64,000 nt of DNA from Flavobacterium sp. (GCA_020403245.1 JADBYA010000006.1:25494-89493), one strand, 5' to 3'. Shown: positions 29,201-37,683, numbered from the stretch's first letter. Numbers and translations: made by a program. Notes: generated from the letters alone by a model not told the origin.

Positions 29201-29323
29201 TTCCTTTCCATCAACAACAAGTTTAATCCCTTTACTGTCATTCACAACAGCGACTTTACTGCTCTGAGAATAAACAGATGTTGAAAAAATTAGAACTGCA
29301 AATTGTAAAATAAAATTTTTCAT
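26204..29323 (-). CDS. Fusion protein: N-terminal clan GH-A-like TIM-barrel glycosidase domain plus roughly 600-aa C-terminal predicted outer-membrane beta-barrel
   Basis: Signal peptide (FSTSVYSQ). NTIRVY, LLGNENNYG (Glu168) and VLFTEFG (Glu269) are spaced as clan GH-A catalytic residues. Residues ~440-1039 are strand-rich with alternating hydrophobicity (NVLTGLTYNVNSNLQLAPNFLW, VGGDIRMIYKKVKVVSSVKF, EWEIRTYVHINIGK). Confidence 0.5.
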   Translation of the reverse strand: MKNFILQFAVLIFSTSVYSQSSKVAVVNDSKGIKLVVDGKEFIVNGMNWDYIPIGENYNYSLWKQTDNFIKDALDSEMGLLKNMGVNTIRVYSGIPKKWIEYIYTNHGIYTMLNHSFGRYGLTLDGVWTPNTEYSDSKTQALLMKEVKEMISEYKDAKGLLLFLLGNENNYGLFWDGAETEDIPLKDRKSTVRAESMYKFFNSAVVAMKAIDTSHPIAICNGDLLFLDIISKECRDVDILGTNVYRGVSFGDLFERVKKEYGKPVLFTEFGADAFNVLTNQEDQNAQAFYLKGNWKEIYENAAGLGKSENCIGGFTFQFSDGWWKFGQTKNLDSHDSNASWSNGGYQKDFTEGQNNMNEEWFGICAKGPTSANGSYQLYPRAAYYVLKDLHKFNPFDNGANVTILNNNFENANLMDAALRARGDKAALGTNDTDILKVSNLRAEFTTFSTGGSLLTTPEVDDPNTNTYPNKTGFDHMQSYFIGIEGNPSSNMKANVNFNILGNVANNPINEIFYENRGRAQNVVTEDGNVLTTDVNRIQVYNASYKWNTKDFEVRGFYRVGHYHWGYEGDFFGLYPETNYGPNLDIYNGETLGLEIDGKGSLDGLKAAFGPQLWWGANPAYLLKYSKKIGRVDATAVYHEDIASAAGAITSLFIPQPITRRATVHFKTKLGNLGIELGGIWGGQPLNGREFQMMDGDVVKVDKVKSSDNWGGKAKLTFSEGRFNAYAQGAIQGLVANGGADLTQTFTGWRLKDTGSGNQMNVLTGLTYNVNSNLQLAPNFLWQKPLVEAMPNGVDAPGRLRNILEDPFIVRVNRETVGGEFLLTYDPTPATWMYEWNNDMVEDAKFAFNTGFVYRHLPTTQDAAIGFLANRSLFAFERSAPAQDLWESNTRIVSKLTPDFGIIANIYFGNGQANGDSERTINRVGGDIRMIYKKVKVVSSVKFNDWGPFDYHRDFNLTFPVQTALDISTSVGKPSWFILPDTRIGIMGIWRSLDQYSPRYLPTFVPENTFPAVPPLSPVGFGNGSEWEIRTYVHINIGK

Positions 29324-29379
29324 AATATAAATTATTTGGTTTGGTTGATAAATCTAAATTAAATTTAATAGTTACATTA

Positions 29380-29402
29380 TTTAAACAAATCTTTTGTTTA
29401 AA
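29380..29402. promoter_or_regulatory. Perfect 10-bp-arm palindrome in the operon leader (candidate operator)
   Basis: TTTAAACAAA-tct-TTTGTTTAAA read directly, 57 nt upstream of the ATG at 29323. Confidence 0.3.
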
Positions 29403-29659
29403 ATACAATTCTGTACCCCTATTTTTTGTGTTTCAATAAAAAACAATGTCCTAAATTGCGATATTGTAAATTTACATTTTTTATAATTTGACTTTCAAAT
29501 TATATATTAAAGAAACTATACAAGGTGATTTTAAAATCAAAAAAGTAGCTTAGAGTAGATAAATAAAGAAAATAATACTAACTCATGTAATGAAGTCCTA
29601 TAAAGAATATACAGCTTGTATAGTTTATGTATAGGCAATATGTACAAATAGGAGTTTTT

Positions 29660-32491
29660 TTATATTGAAAGAATGTATTCAACAAGGCCAGTTTCGTGTG
29701 ATAAATCCATTTTTTTGCGCAAACGATATCGTTTAATTTCTACACTTCGCACAGATATATTTAATAAAGGTGCTATTTCTTTTGACGATAAATTTAATCT
29801 CAAATAGGCACAAAGTCTCAAATCGTTAGGAGTTAATGATGGATGCTCTTGTTTTACTTTCTTTAAAAAATCTTTATCAGCTGAGTCAAATGCTTCTTTG
29901 AATACATTCCACGCATTGTCTACTGACACGTTTTTATTTATAGTTGTTGTAATTATTGATTTAATGCTTCTAGAACTCGACTCATCGGATGATTTCTTCA
30001 AATCTTCTCTAATTAGTTTTAATAACTCATCCTTTTTAATTAAGTTCATTGTTGATAAAGCTAACTCTCTATTCTTTTCATTCACATCCAATGAAAGTTG
30101 CTCATTTTTTAATTTCATTAATTGTTGCTCATTTTCTAACTCTTTTATTTCAAGCAGAAGATTATTTTCTTCTATTAATTTTTGCTTTTGTTTTGAATAA
30201 TAATTTCCATAAGCTTTATTTATATAATAGGCAAAAACACACATTAAGAGGAAATAGATAATTAGTGCAAAATTTGTTCTGTACCAAGGTTTTGATATTG
30301 TGAAAGAATAAACTACACTGCTTTCCGGTTGAGAATTGATTAACTTTGATCGCAATTTGAATGTATAATTTCCTGGTGGTAAATTTTTAAAGTTAATGGT
30401 TGACTTAGAACTCCAATCACTCCACTGATCTTGAAATCCCTCTAATAAATATTGATATTCAGTAATTATGTATTTATTATATCCAGGAACAGCATAGCTA
30501 AAAGTAATGTTATTTTCATCATGTGAAAATTTTCCGTTCTCTATAATTGGAAAACTAATTAGTTTACCATTGAGTTTATTGATGCTAATGTTAGTAAGAA
30601 TTACATTAATATTTTTAAAATTTAATCCATCAATATTAAATGTATAATATCCATCAGTAGTTCCTATGAGATAATTTGAATTATTTAGCTGAGTAATATT
30701 TTCATATCCCAACATAGAGTTTGTAATTGAAGATGGAATAGAAATCACATTTTTCTTTAATTCAGCATTCAATTTATTTACTGTAAAATAGTTGATATAA
30801 TTTTTTGAAAATAACCATAATTTATTCGAACTGTCAATTATCAATTTCCCAGAAGTATATTCATTATTTTCAAAAATTGAACTTAATGTTTTGTCGATTT
30901 CAAACTCTTTTGACTTTTGATTTAGCTTAAAAATTCCTTCCTTATAGGCATAATATATTGCATTATTGAATTTAGAAAGACCAGAATTTTTGCCTTTTTC
31001 AGGTTTGGTATAAGTATATAGCTTTGAACCTTTTCTAAAATCAGAGTCCAATTGAAAGCGAAAGATACCTTTGTACTCATGACTTACATATATTTCATTT
31101 GAATTTGTAATTTCGAAATGTTTAGAGGAGTAGCTAAAACCTGAAATTTTATTTCTAAAAACCCAGCGATTATTAATTTTCTCCAATACCGATATTCCAT
31201 AATAATTACCTTGAAGTAATAAATTGCTATTATTTGGAACAACTTCAAGTTTCCAAGTTCCCGATTGAGAAAAAATTTGATTAGAAGAATCTTTTTCAAT
31301 GATAAATGTTCCTGAGTCATGACCGCAAAACAAGTTTCCATCATGAATAAATAAAGACCAAACTTGACCTTTTGTTCCTTTGATAAATTTGAACTGATTG
31401 TCATTTAAAAAATCTTTGTAAAATAATCCTTGATTAGTTCCGATATACAATTTCCCTTTATGAAGAACAGAAGCGTACACGGTTCCTAAAGCACCTGTAT
31501 CGTCAAAAAAACTTCGGATTGGAGATTGCAAATTGATACAATTTATTCCATTATCCAATCCAAGCCATATGTTGCGGTCAATATCCTCAAAAATAGATAA
31601 AACTGTGTTGTTACTTAATCCTTTACTTTGCGTAATATGGTATTTTACCGTTCCCTCTCTTGTTAAAATAAAAACACCATTAGAGATTGTTCCAATAGCA
31701 AAGTTGCCATTTTCAAGCATTTGACTGCTATAAATACTACTTAACGAAATAGCTGAATCAGCTTCTGTTCTAAATTTTACTAAACTCCCATTGGTAAATT
31801 TATAAAAACCATCAAATTGAGTATGAATTAACAATCCATCAGTAACAGCAAAAACATTGACAATTTTGTTGTTTTTAAGTAATTCATTATTTAATACAAG
31901 CCGACTTGACCCATTTTCTATTTCAAACAAATCGTAATTTACAGTTTGATAATAAATAGAACTTGAGGTTTTAAAAGATTTTAAAATATTATTTTGTGGT
32001 GTTACGATTTTGAACGCTTTGGTTTTGGTATCATAAATGTAAATTTTATCTAGGGATTGAAAAATAACCCACTGATCATAATTCCAAATATTCCAAAATT
32101 GTTCATCTACATTAATTTTAGATTTAATTTTCTGACTTAAGGAAGTATATTGAAGTCTACCATTTTTTTCTCTCACCCAATAGCCAAATTCCATGTAACA
32201 TCCAGTAAATATTTTATCACCAATAACTTTTACTGATCTAACTATTGTTTCGTTTGGTGATTTATATAACGTCCAGTTAGAACCATTAAATTCTAATAAT
32301 CCTTCATTGTTTGCAAAATAAATAAAATGATTTTTATCCTGAGAAACCATCCAATTTTGATTTCCTGCAGTATATGTAGTAGAACTATATTTAACAATTG
32401 GGGGTAAATCTTGAGCATAAATACTACTAGTAAATACTACTAGTATTATCATACTTATTAATCTTTTGTTAAATAAAATCTTATCAGCCAT
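29660..32491 (-). CDS. Transmembrane one-component sensor/regulator: periplasmic beta-propeller repeats plus Y_Y_Y domain, TM, coiled coil, LuxR-type HTH
   Basis: Signal/anchor, then propeller repeats. Y_Y_Y motif YQYLLEGFQDQWSDWS...NLPPGNYTFKLRS. TM FALIIYFLLMCVFAYYI. C-terminal LTPNDLRLCAYLRLNLSSKEIAPLLNISVRSVEIKRYRLRKKM. No kinase or receiver motifs. Confidence 0.8.
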   Translation of the reverse strand: MADKILFNKRLISMIILVVFTSSIYAQDLPPIVKYSSTTYTAGNQNWMVSQDKNHFIYFANNEGLLEFNGSNWTLYKSPNETIVRSVKVIGDKIFTGCYMEFGYWVREKNGRLQYTSLSQKIKSKINVDEQFWNIWNYDQWVIFQSLDKIYIYDTKTKAFKIVTPQNNILKSFKTSSSIYYQTVNYDLFEIENGSSRLVLNNELLKNNKIVNVFAVTDGLLIHTQFDGFYKFTNGSLVKFRTEADSAISLSSIYSSQMLENGNFAIGTISNGVFILTREGTVKYHITQSKGLSNNTVLSIFEDIDRNIWLGLDNGINCINLQSPIRSFFDDTGALGTVYASVLHKGKLYIGTNQGLFYKDFLNDNQFKFIKGTKGQVWSLFIHDGNLFCGHDSGTFIIEKDSSNQIFSQSGTWKLEVVPNNSNLLLQGNYYGISVLEKINNRWVFRNKISGFSYSSKHFEITNSNEIYVSHEYKGIFRFQLDSDFRKGSKLYTYTKPEKGKNSGLSKFNNAIYYAYKEGIFKLNQKSKEFEIDKTLSSIFENNEYTSGKLIIDSSNKLWLFSKNYINYFTVNKLNAELKKNVISIPSSITNSMLGYENITQLNNSNYLIGTTDGYYTFNIDGLNFKNINVILTNISINKLNGKLISFPIIENGKFSHDENNITFSYAVPGYNKYIITEYQYLLEGFQDQWSDWSSKSTINFKNLPPGNYTFKLRSKLINSQPESSVVYSFTISKPWYRTNFALIIYFLLMCVFAYYINKAYGNYYSKQKQKLIEENNLLLEIKELENEQQLMKLKNEQLSLDVNEKNRELALSTMNLIKKDELLKLIREDLKKSSDESSSRSIKSIITTTINKNVSVDNAWNVFKEAFDSADKDFLKKVKQEHPSLTPNDLRLCAYLRLNLSSKEIAPLLNISVRSVEIKRYRLRKKMDLSHETGLVEYILSI

Positions 32492-32550
32492 AGTAATACA
32501 ATATTACAAATTCTAAAAATAGTATTATTATTTATAATTAATTTATTTAT

Positions 32551-32589
32551 AAAAAAAGCACGGAATAAATCCCGTGCTTTTGAAAAAAA
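32551..32589 (-). terminator. Rho-independent terminator after the T9SS CBM gene
   Basis: GCACGG-aataaatc-CCGTGC flanked by A- and T-runs, 12 nt beyond the stop at 32601. Confidence 0.6.
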
Positions 32590-32600
32590 TTAACTTAAAC

Positions 32601-34457
32601 TTATTCTTTGATAAATCTTGTTGAAGATACAGTTCCGTCAACAGTGGTTTTTACTACATAGACCCCTATTTGAAGTGTTGATACATCTAATGTAACTATC
32701 TCTTTATTTGGAGTTTCTGAAATAACTTGTTGTCCCAAGAAATTGTAAACAGCAACTTTTTCAATTGTAGCTAATGCTTCTATGTTTAAAACATTAGTAG
32801 CTGGGTTTGGATACATTTTTACTTTAGAAAGTTCAAAATTTTCAGCATCTAAAACAGTGTTTTTGTGCAAATAAAGATTGTCATAATAAACAATGTCTAA
32901 ATTTGATGTAATTACAAATTGGGCAAAATCGCTTACACTTGGGCAAGCATTTCCTGGAGGTGTATTAATACAATTCAAAGCTGTAAAAGGAATATCTATA
33001 GATATCCAAGCTCCTTCAGAACCACTTGTTAAAACATTAGCATTTGTTGCAGTATACTCAAATGCATTTGTTTCACCTGCAGTATTATTCCAGTTTGAAA
33101 ATTTAAAACTAAACACTTTATCTTGAGTTGGTGTAGCTGTCCAAATGTCTATATGAAAACGAGTAAACCCAGCAGCGTTAAATCTTCCTGCTAAAAAAGC
33201 AATCCCTTCACATCCTAAACCAGTTACTTTATTTGTATTATTCCCAGCAACTTGAATTAAACTAGTTGATCCTGGACACCAAGAAGTATTGTACGTATTA
33301 TCATCACCACCTGAATAACCAAGAGTAGCAACTGGAGTATAAGCATCACTAAAAATTGATTTAACGTCAGCAGCAGGTCTGTTTGGTGGTGTTGGAGCAG
33401 CAACTGTTGGAGCAGGAACTACAGGAGGTGTTCCAAGTGGACCTCGAATGTTATCTACATAAAATGTTCGTGCTGGTGTAGGAACAGTGGGATTAAAAAA
33501 TCCTACGGCACCTGGAGCCCAATACGTATGAATAACAAAACCACTGTATGTTCCATTTGCTGGTGCTGGTTGACCATCTAGAGAAGTATTAAATGTAAAA
33601 GATATTGTTTGCCATGTACTTCCGCCTGGATGTGAAGCTGAAGCAGCAACTATAGCTGGACCGCCTACTCCTCCTGTTACTTTAACTAAAAATGTTATTG
33701 GATCAGCAGAAAAAACATCCATTGTCATGGTCTTTGTAGGTGTCAAGTTAACCAATGATGTCAAGTTTAAATTTATACCTTGCCATGGCTGCCCTGCAGG
33801 GTTTCCAACAATTTTAAGCACTTGAGAAGTATTTGAACCTGTACCCGTTTCAACTACAGGAGCTGGGCCGTCACCAAAAGGACCACCATTTACACCACCG
33901 GTTTCAGTTGTTTCAAAACCTAAAAGCAAATCTAAAGTTGCGGGAGGCGCTACAACAAGTTGTAAAGTTACATTGTCTATGAAAAAATCAACATTACTTA
34001 ATCCGCCTTCAAAACCTAACTTCATTGCCGAAAAAGTTTGCCCAACTGTGAAAGTTGCTTCATAATTTGTCATTGTTGATGTAAGATTGTAGTCTTGTTG
34101 GTGTAGGGCAGTAAATCCACCACCATTTTCACCAAAATACAATTTCAACGGACGTGCACTTGTTCCTCTTGCAGCAAAAGTTACTTTGTAAGTTTGACCA
34201 GCCGTAAGAGACGCAATTTGAGTTGGAGACAATTCCTGATTAAGTTGAATGTGCCATGTTTGAACACCCGCTCCCGCAATAGCTGTAATATTAGCTTCAC
34301 TATTGGCTGCATTTATGGTGGCGGATACTCCAGCAAAATCTGCTAAGTATGTTGTCCAAGAAGTTAAACCATTACCAAAGTCACCATTGGTAATGATGTT
34401 TTGTGCAGAGCCGCTTGTGGCGAACATTGCAATTAAAAAATAAGTAATTTTTTTCAT
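32601..34457 (-). CDS. Secreted non-catalytic carbohydrate-binding protein (CBM4/9-like N-terminal module, Pro-rich linker, beta-glucan-binding-like module, T9SS CTD)
   Basis: NIITNGDFGNGLTSWT start typical of CBM_4_9. Linker PPVVPAPTVAAPTPPNRP. Module SIFSDAYTP...WISIDIPFTA...VYYDNLYLHK. C-terminus YPNPATNVLNI...GVYVVKTTVDG is a T9SS CTD. Confidence 0.7.
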   Translation of the reverse strand: MKKITYFLIAMFATSGSAQNIITNGDFGNGLTSWTTYLADFAGVSATINAANSEANITAIAGAGVQTWHIQLNQELSPTQIASLTAGQTYKVTFAARGTSARPLKLYFGENGGGFTALHQQDYNLTSTMTNYEATFTVGQTFSAMKLGFEGGLSNVDFFIDNVTLQLVVAPPATLDLLLGFETTETGGVNGGPFGDGPAPVVETGTGSNTSQVLKIVGNPAGQPWQGINLNLTSLVNLTPTKTMTMDVFSADPITFLVKVTGGVGGPAIVAASASHPGGSTWQTISFTFNTSLDGQPAPANGTYSGFVIHTYWAPGAVGFFNPTVPTPARTFYVDNIRGPLGTPPVVPAPTVAAPTPPNRPAADVKSIFSDAYTPVATLGYSGGDDNTYNTSWCPGSTSLIQVAGNNTNKVTGLGCEGIAFLAGRFNAAGFTRFHIDIWTATPTQDKVFSFKFSNWNNTAGETNAFEYTATNANVLTSGSEGAWISIDIPFTALNCINTPPGNACPSVSDFAQFVITSNLDIVYYDNLYLHKNTVLDAENFELSKVKMYPNPATNVLNIEALATIEKVAVYNFLGQQVISETPNKEIVTLDVSTLQIGVYVVKTTVDGTVSSTRFIKE

Positions 34458-34481
34458 GATAGTTTTTTAAATGTTGAATTA

Positions 34482-34489
34482 CAAAGATA
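34482..34489 (-). promoter_or_regulatory. -7 promoter box (TAnnTTTG on minus strand)
   Basis: Plus-strand CAAAGATA equals TATCTTTG on the minus strand, 25 nt upstream of the ATG at 34457. Confidence 0.4.
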
Positions 34490-34832
34490 AATAGTTGTTG
34501 AGTTACTTTTTTTTTATCATACTATATAAAAACTATACAACTAAAAACAGCACTTAATCGATTGAATTATGGTCTTAATCTATTGTTTTTATTGATATTT
34601 AACAAATGAATTATTAAAATGATTATTACATTTTGTTGTGGTAATGTATAGTTTATATTTGTACTTTACCAAATAATTAAGAATCAAAAGTCACGATTCA
34701 ACATTAAAATTAGATAAAAAAAACACTTTCTTTAATAATAGTGCTAATAAATTGTGTGTTCTGCAAAATACTATATACTTCAAAATGCAAAAAACAAGAA
34801 TTATATAATGTAATTTCTCAACACATAATAGT

Positions 34833-34840
34833 TATCTTTG
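34833..34840 (+). promoter_or_regulatory. -7 promoter box (TAnnTTTG) for uvrA
   Basis: TATCTTTG, 21 nt upstream of the ATG at 34861. It lies inside the longer GTG-started ORF-track call, which argues for the 34861 start. Confidence 0.45.
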
Positions 34841-34860
34841 CCAACATTTACTTTTTTGCT

Positions 34861-37683
34861 ATGAAGAGTTCGGAAATTGCTGTATTAGAACCCAAAAAAA
34901 ATATCTTAATCAAAGGCGCTCAAATTCACAATCTAAAGAATTTGGATGTGGTCATACCCCGAAATGAATTGGTTGTAATCACAGGACTATCGGGTTCAGG
35001 CAAATCGAGTTTGGCATTTGATACTTTATATGCCGAAGGTCAACGACGTTATGTAGAAAGTTTGTCTTCCTATGCTCGACAATTTCTTGGACGATTAGAC
35101 AAACCTAAAGTTGAATACATCAAAGGCATTGCGCCAGCCATTGCTATCGAACAAAAAGTGAATACCACCAATGCGCGATCTACCGTTGGCACTTCTACCG
35201 AAATTTATGATTATTTAAAATTGCTTTTTGCTCGCATTGGAAAGACATTTTCTCCTATTTCGGGAAATGAAGTTAAAAAAGATACCGTTTCCGATGTTAT
35301 CAATACAGTGAAAGAGTTCCCTGTAGAGAGTAAATGGTTGCTCCTATCGCCCATTCATTTGGAAGAAGGACGGCAATTGGAAGACAAACTAAAAGTATTG
35401 TTGCAACAAGGATTTGCACGTATTTTAGTGAATAACGAAATGGTACGTTTAGACGGTCTCTCTCCCGAAGCATCGGGATCGCTCGATGTGACAGAAATGC
35501 ATTCATTAGACAATAATAACATTCTGCTTATCATTGACCGAATTGTAGTGAAAGAAGAGGAAGAGTTCTTTAATCGATTAGCAGATGCCATACAAACTGC
35601 TTTTTTTGAAGGCAAAGGAATTTGTTATTTACAAGATGTGGACACCAAAAATCGTATAGAATTCAGTGCCAATTTTGAATTGGATGGTATCACTTTTTTA
35701 GAACCCAATATTCATCTATTTAGTTTTAATAATCCATACGGCGCTTGTCCAACTTGTGAAGGTTACGGCAACATTATTGGTATTGATGAAGAATTAGTCA
35801 TTCCAAATACGGCTCTGTCTGTATTCGAAAATGCGATTTTCCCTTGGCGTGGCGAAAGTATGGGTTGGTATCGGGATCAACTCATTAACAACGCTTATAA
35901 ATTTGATTTTCCAATACACAAGCCTTTTTTTGAACTTACCGATGAACAAAAAGATTTGGTTTGGAAAGGAAACAAATATTTTGAAGGTTTAGATGATTTC
36001 TTTAAAGAATTAGAAGACAAAAATTATAAAATACAAAATCGTGTCATGCTATCGCGTTATCGGGGTAAAACCAAGTGTACGACTTGCAAAGGAAAACGGT
36101 TGCGCAAAGAAGCTAACTATATTACCATTGGCGGCAAGACCATTTCAGAGTTGGTTGATTTGTCAATAAAACGACTCATTCCCTTTTTTAATGAATTACA
36201 ACTTTCTGAATATGATGCTAAAGTTGCCAAACGACTTTTGATTGAAATCAATAATAGATTGACGTTTTTAAGCAATGTTGGCTTGGATTATTTGACGCTT
36301 AATAGAAATTCTTCCACCTTATCTGGTGGTGAATCACAACGTATTAATTTGGCCACATCACTTGGAAGCAGCTTGGTCGGTTCGATGTATATACTTGATG
36401 AACCTAGTATTGGCTTGCATCCAAAAGATACCGAACGATTAATAAACGTATTGAAAAACCTTCGTGACTTGGGCAATACGGTTATCGTTGTCGAACACGA
36501 CGAAGACATCATGAAAGCGGCGGATAGAATTATCGATATTGGTCCCGAAGCGGGCACTTTTGGCGGTGAATTGGTAGCCGAAGGTACTTTTGAAGAAATT
36601 CTAAAAGCAGATTCGCTGACTGCAAAATATCTTAATGGACAACTTGAAATTCCTCTGCCAAAAAAGCGCAGAAAGTCAAACAATTATATTGAAATTAAAG
36701 GCGCTAGAGAAAATAATTTACAAAACATTGATGTTGTATTTCCTTTGGAAAGTTTAACGGTAATTACGGGTGTTTCGGGTAGTGGAAAAAGCACGTTAGT
36801 AAAGAAAATTCTTTTTCCTGCAATGCAGAAAAAACTCGAAGGTATTGGCGATAAAGCGGGACAATTCTCAGAAATTACAAGAAGATTTTCACATATCAAA
36901 CACATTGAATACGTTGACCAAAATCCTATTGGAAGAAGTTCGCGCTCGAATCCTGTTACGTATATCAAAGCGTATGACGATATTCGCGATTTGTATGCGA
37001 AAGAAAAACTGTCTAAAGTTCGTGGTTATCAAGCCAAACATTTTTCGTTTAATGTGGATGGTGGACGATGCGAAACGTGCAAAGGGGAAGGTTCCATCAA
37101 TGTAGAAATGGTTTTTATGGCCGATGTTTCCTTACCCTGTGAAACCTGTGCTGGCAAACGATTTAAAAAAGAAGTGTTGGAAGTAGCGTTTGAAGGAAAA
37201 AATATTGATGATATCCTCACGATGACTATTGATGATGCCCTTACGTTCTTTGCCGAAAACAAACAAACCAAAATAACGCAAAAGTTACAGCCCTTGCAAG
37301 ATGTTGGATTGGGTTATGTGCAATTGGGACAATCCTCTTCTACCCTTTCGGGTGGCGAAGCACAGCGGATTAAGTTGGCTTCGTTTTTGGTAAAAGGCGT
37401 GACCAAAGAAAAAGCACTATTTGTTTTTGACGAACCCACTACGGGTTTGCATTTTCATGATATTAAAAAACTGTTAGCATCCTTTGACGCTTTAATCGAA
37501 AAAGGACATTCCATTATTGTGGTGGAACATAACCTCGACCTTATAAAATGTGCCGATTGGATAATTGACTTAGGACCAGAAGGTGGAGAAAATGGAGGAC
37601 AATTACTAGCCGTTGGAACTCCAGAAGACGTTGTTAAGAACAAAAAATCAATTACTGGTTTTTATCTTAAAGAAAAATTATAA
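34861..37683 (+). CDS. uvrA: Excinuclease ABC subunit A
   Basis: Two ABC modules: Walker A GLSGSGKSS and GVSGSGKST, signatures LSGGESQR and LSGGEAQR. Zinc-finger CxxC pairs (CPTCEGYG, CTTCKGKR, CETCKGEG, CETCAGKR). 940 aa from the ATG at 34861. Confidence 0.95.
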   Translation: MKSSEIAVLEPKKNILIKGAQIHNLKNLDVVIPRNELVVITGLSGSGKSSLAFDTLYAEGQRRYVESLSSYARQFLGRLDKPKVEYIKGIAPAIAIEQKVNTTNARSTVGTSTEIYDYLKLLFARIGKTFSPISGNEVKKDTVSDVINTVKEFPVESKWLLLSPIHLEEGRQLEDKLKVLLQQGFARILVNNEMVRLDGLSPEASGSLDVTEMHSLDNNNILLIIDRIVVKEEEEFFNRLADAIQTAFFEGKGICYLQDVDTKNRIEFSANFELDGITFLEPNIHLFSFNNPYGACPTCEGYGNIIGIDEELVIPNTALSVFENAIFPWRGESMGWYRDQLINNAYKFDFPIHKPFFELTDEQKDLVWKGNKYFEGLDDFFKELEDKNYKIQNRVMLSRYRGKTKCTTCKGKRLRKEANYITIGGKTISELVDLSIKRLIPFFNELQLSEYDAKVAKRLLIEINNRLTFLSNVGLDYLTLNRNSSTLSGGESQRINLATSLGSSLVGSMYILDEPSIGLHPKDTERLINVLKNLRDLGNTVIVVEHDEDIMKAADRIIDIGPEAGTFGGELVAEGTFEEILKADSLTAKYLNGQLEIPLPKKRRKSNNYIEIKGARENNLQNIDVVFPLESLTVITGVSGSGKSTLVKKILFPAMQKKLEGIGDKAGQFSEITRRFSHIKHIEYVDQNPIGRSSRSNPVTYIKAYDDIRDLYAKEKLSKVRGYQAKHFSFNVDGGRCETCKGEGSINVEMVFMADVSLPCETCAGKRFKKEVLEVAFEGKNIDDILTMTIDDALTFFAENKQTKITQKLQPLQDVGLGYVQLGQSSSTLSGGEAQRIKLASFLVKGVTKEKALFVFDEPTTGLHFHDIKKLLASFDALIEKGHSIIVVEHNLDLIKCADWIIDLGPEGGENGGQLLAVGTPEDVVKNKKSITGFYLKEKL

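Noticed and set aside
34741-34860. The GTG-initiated 40-codon extension of uvrA in the ORF track.
   Set aside because: The extension is Cys- and Ile-rich junk, and it contains a TATCTTTG -7 promoter box at 34833-34840. UvrA homology begins at the ATG at 34861.
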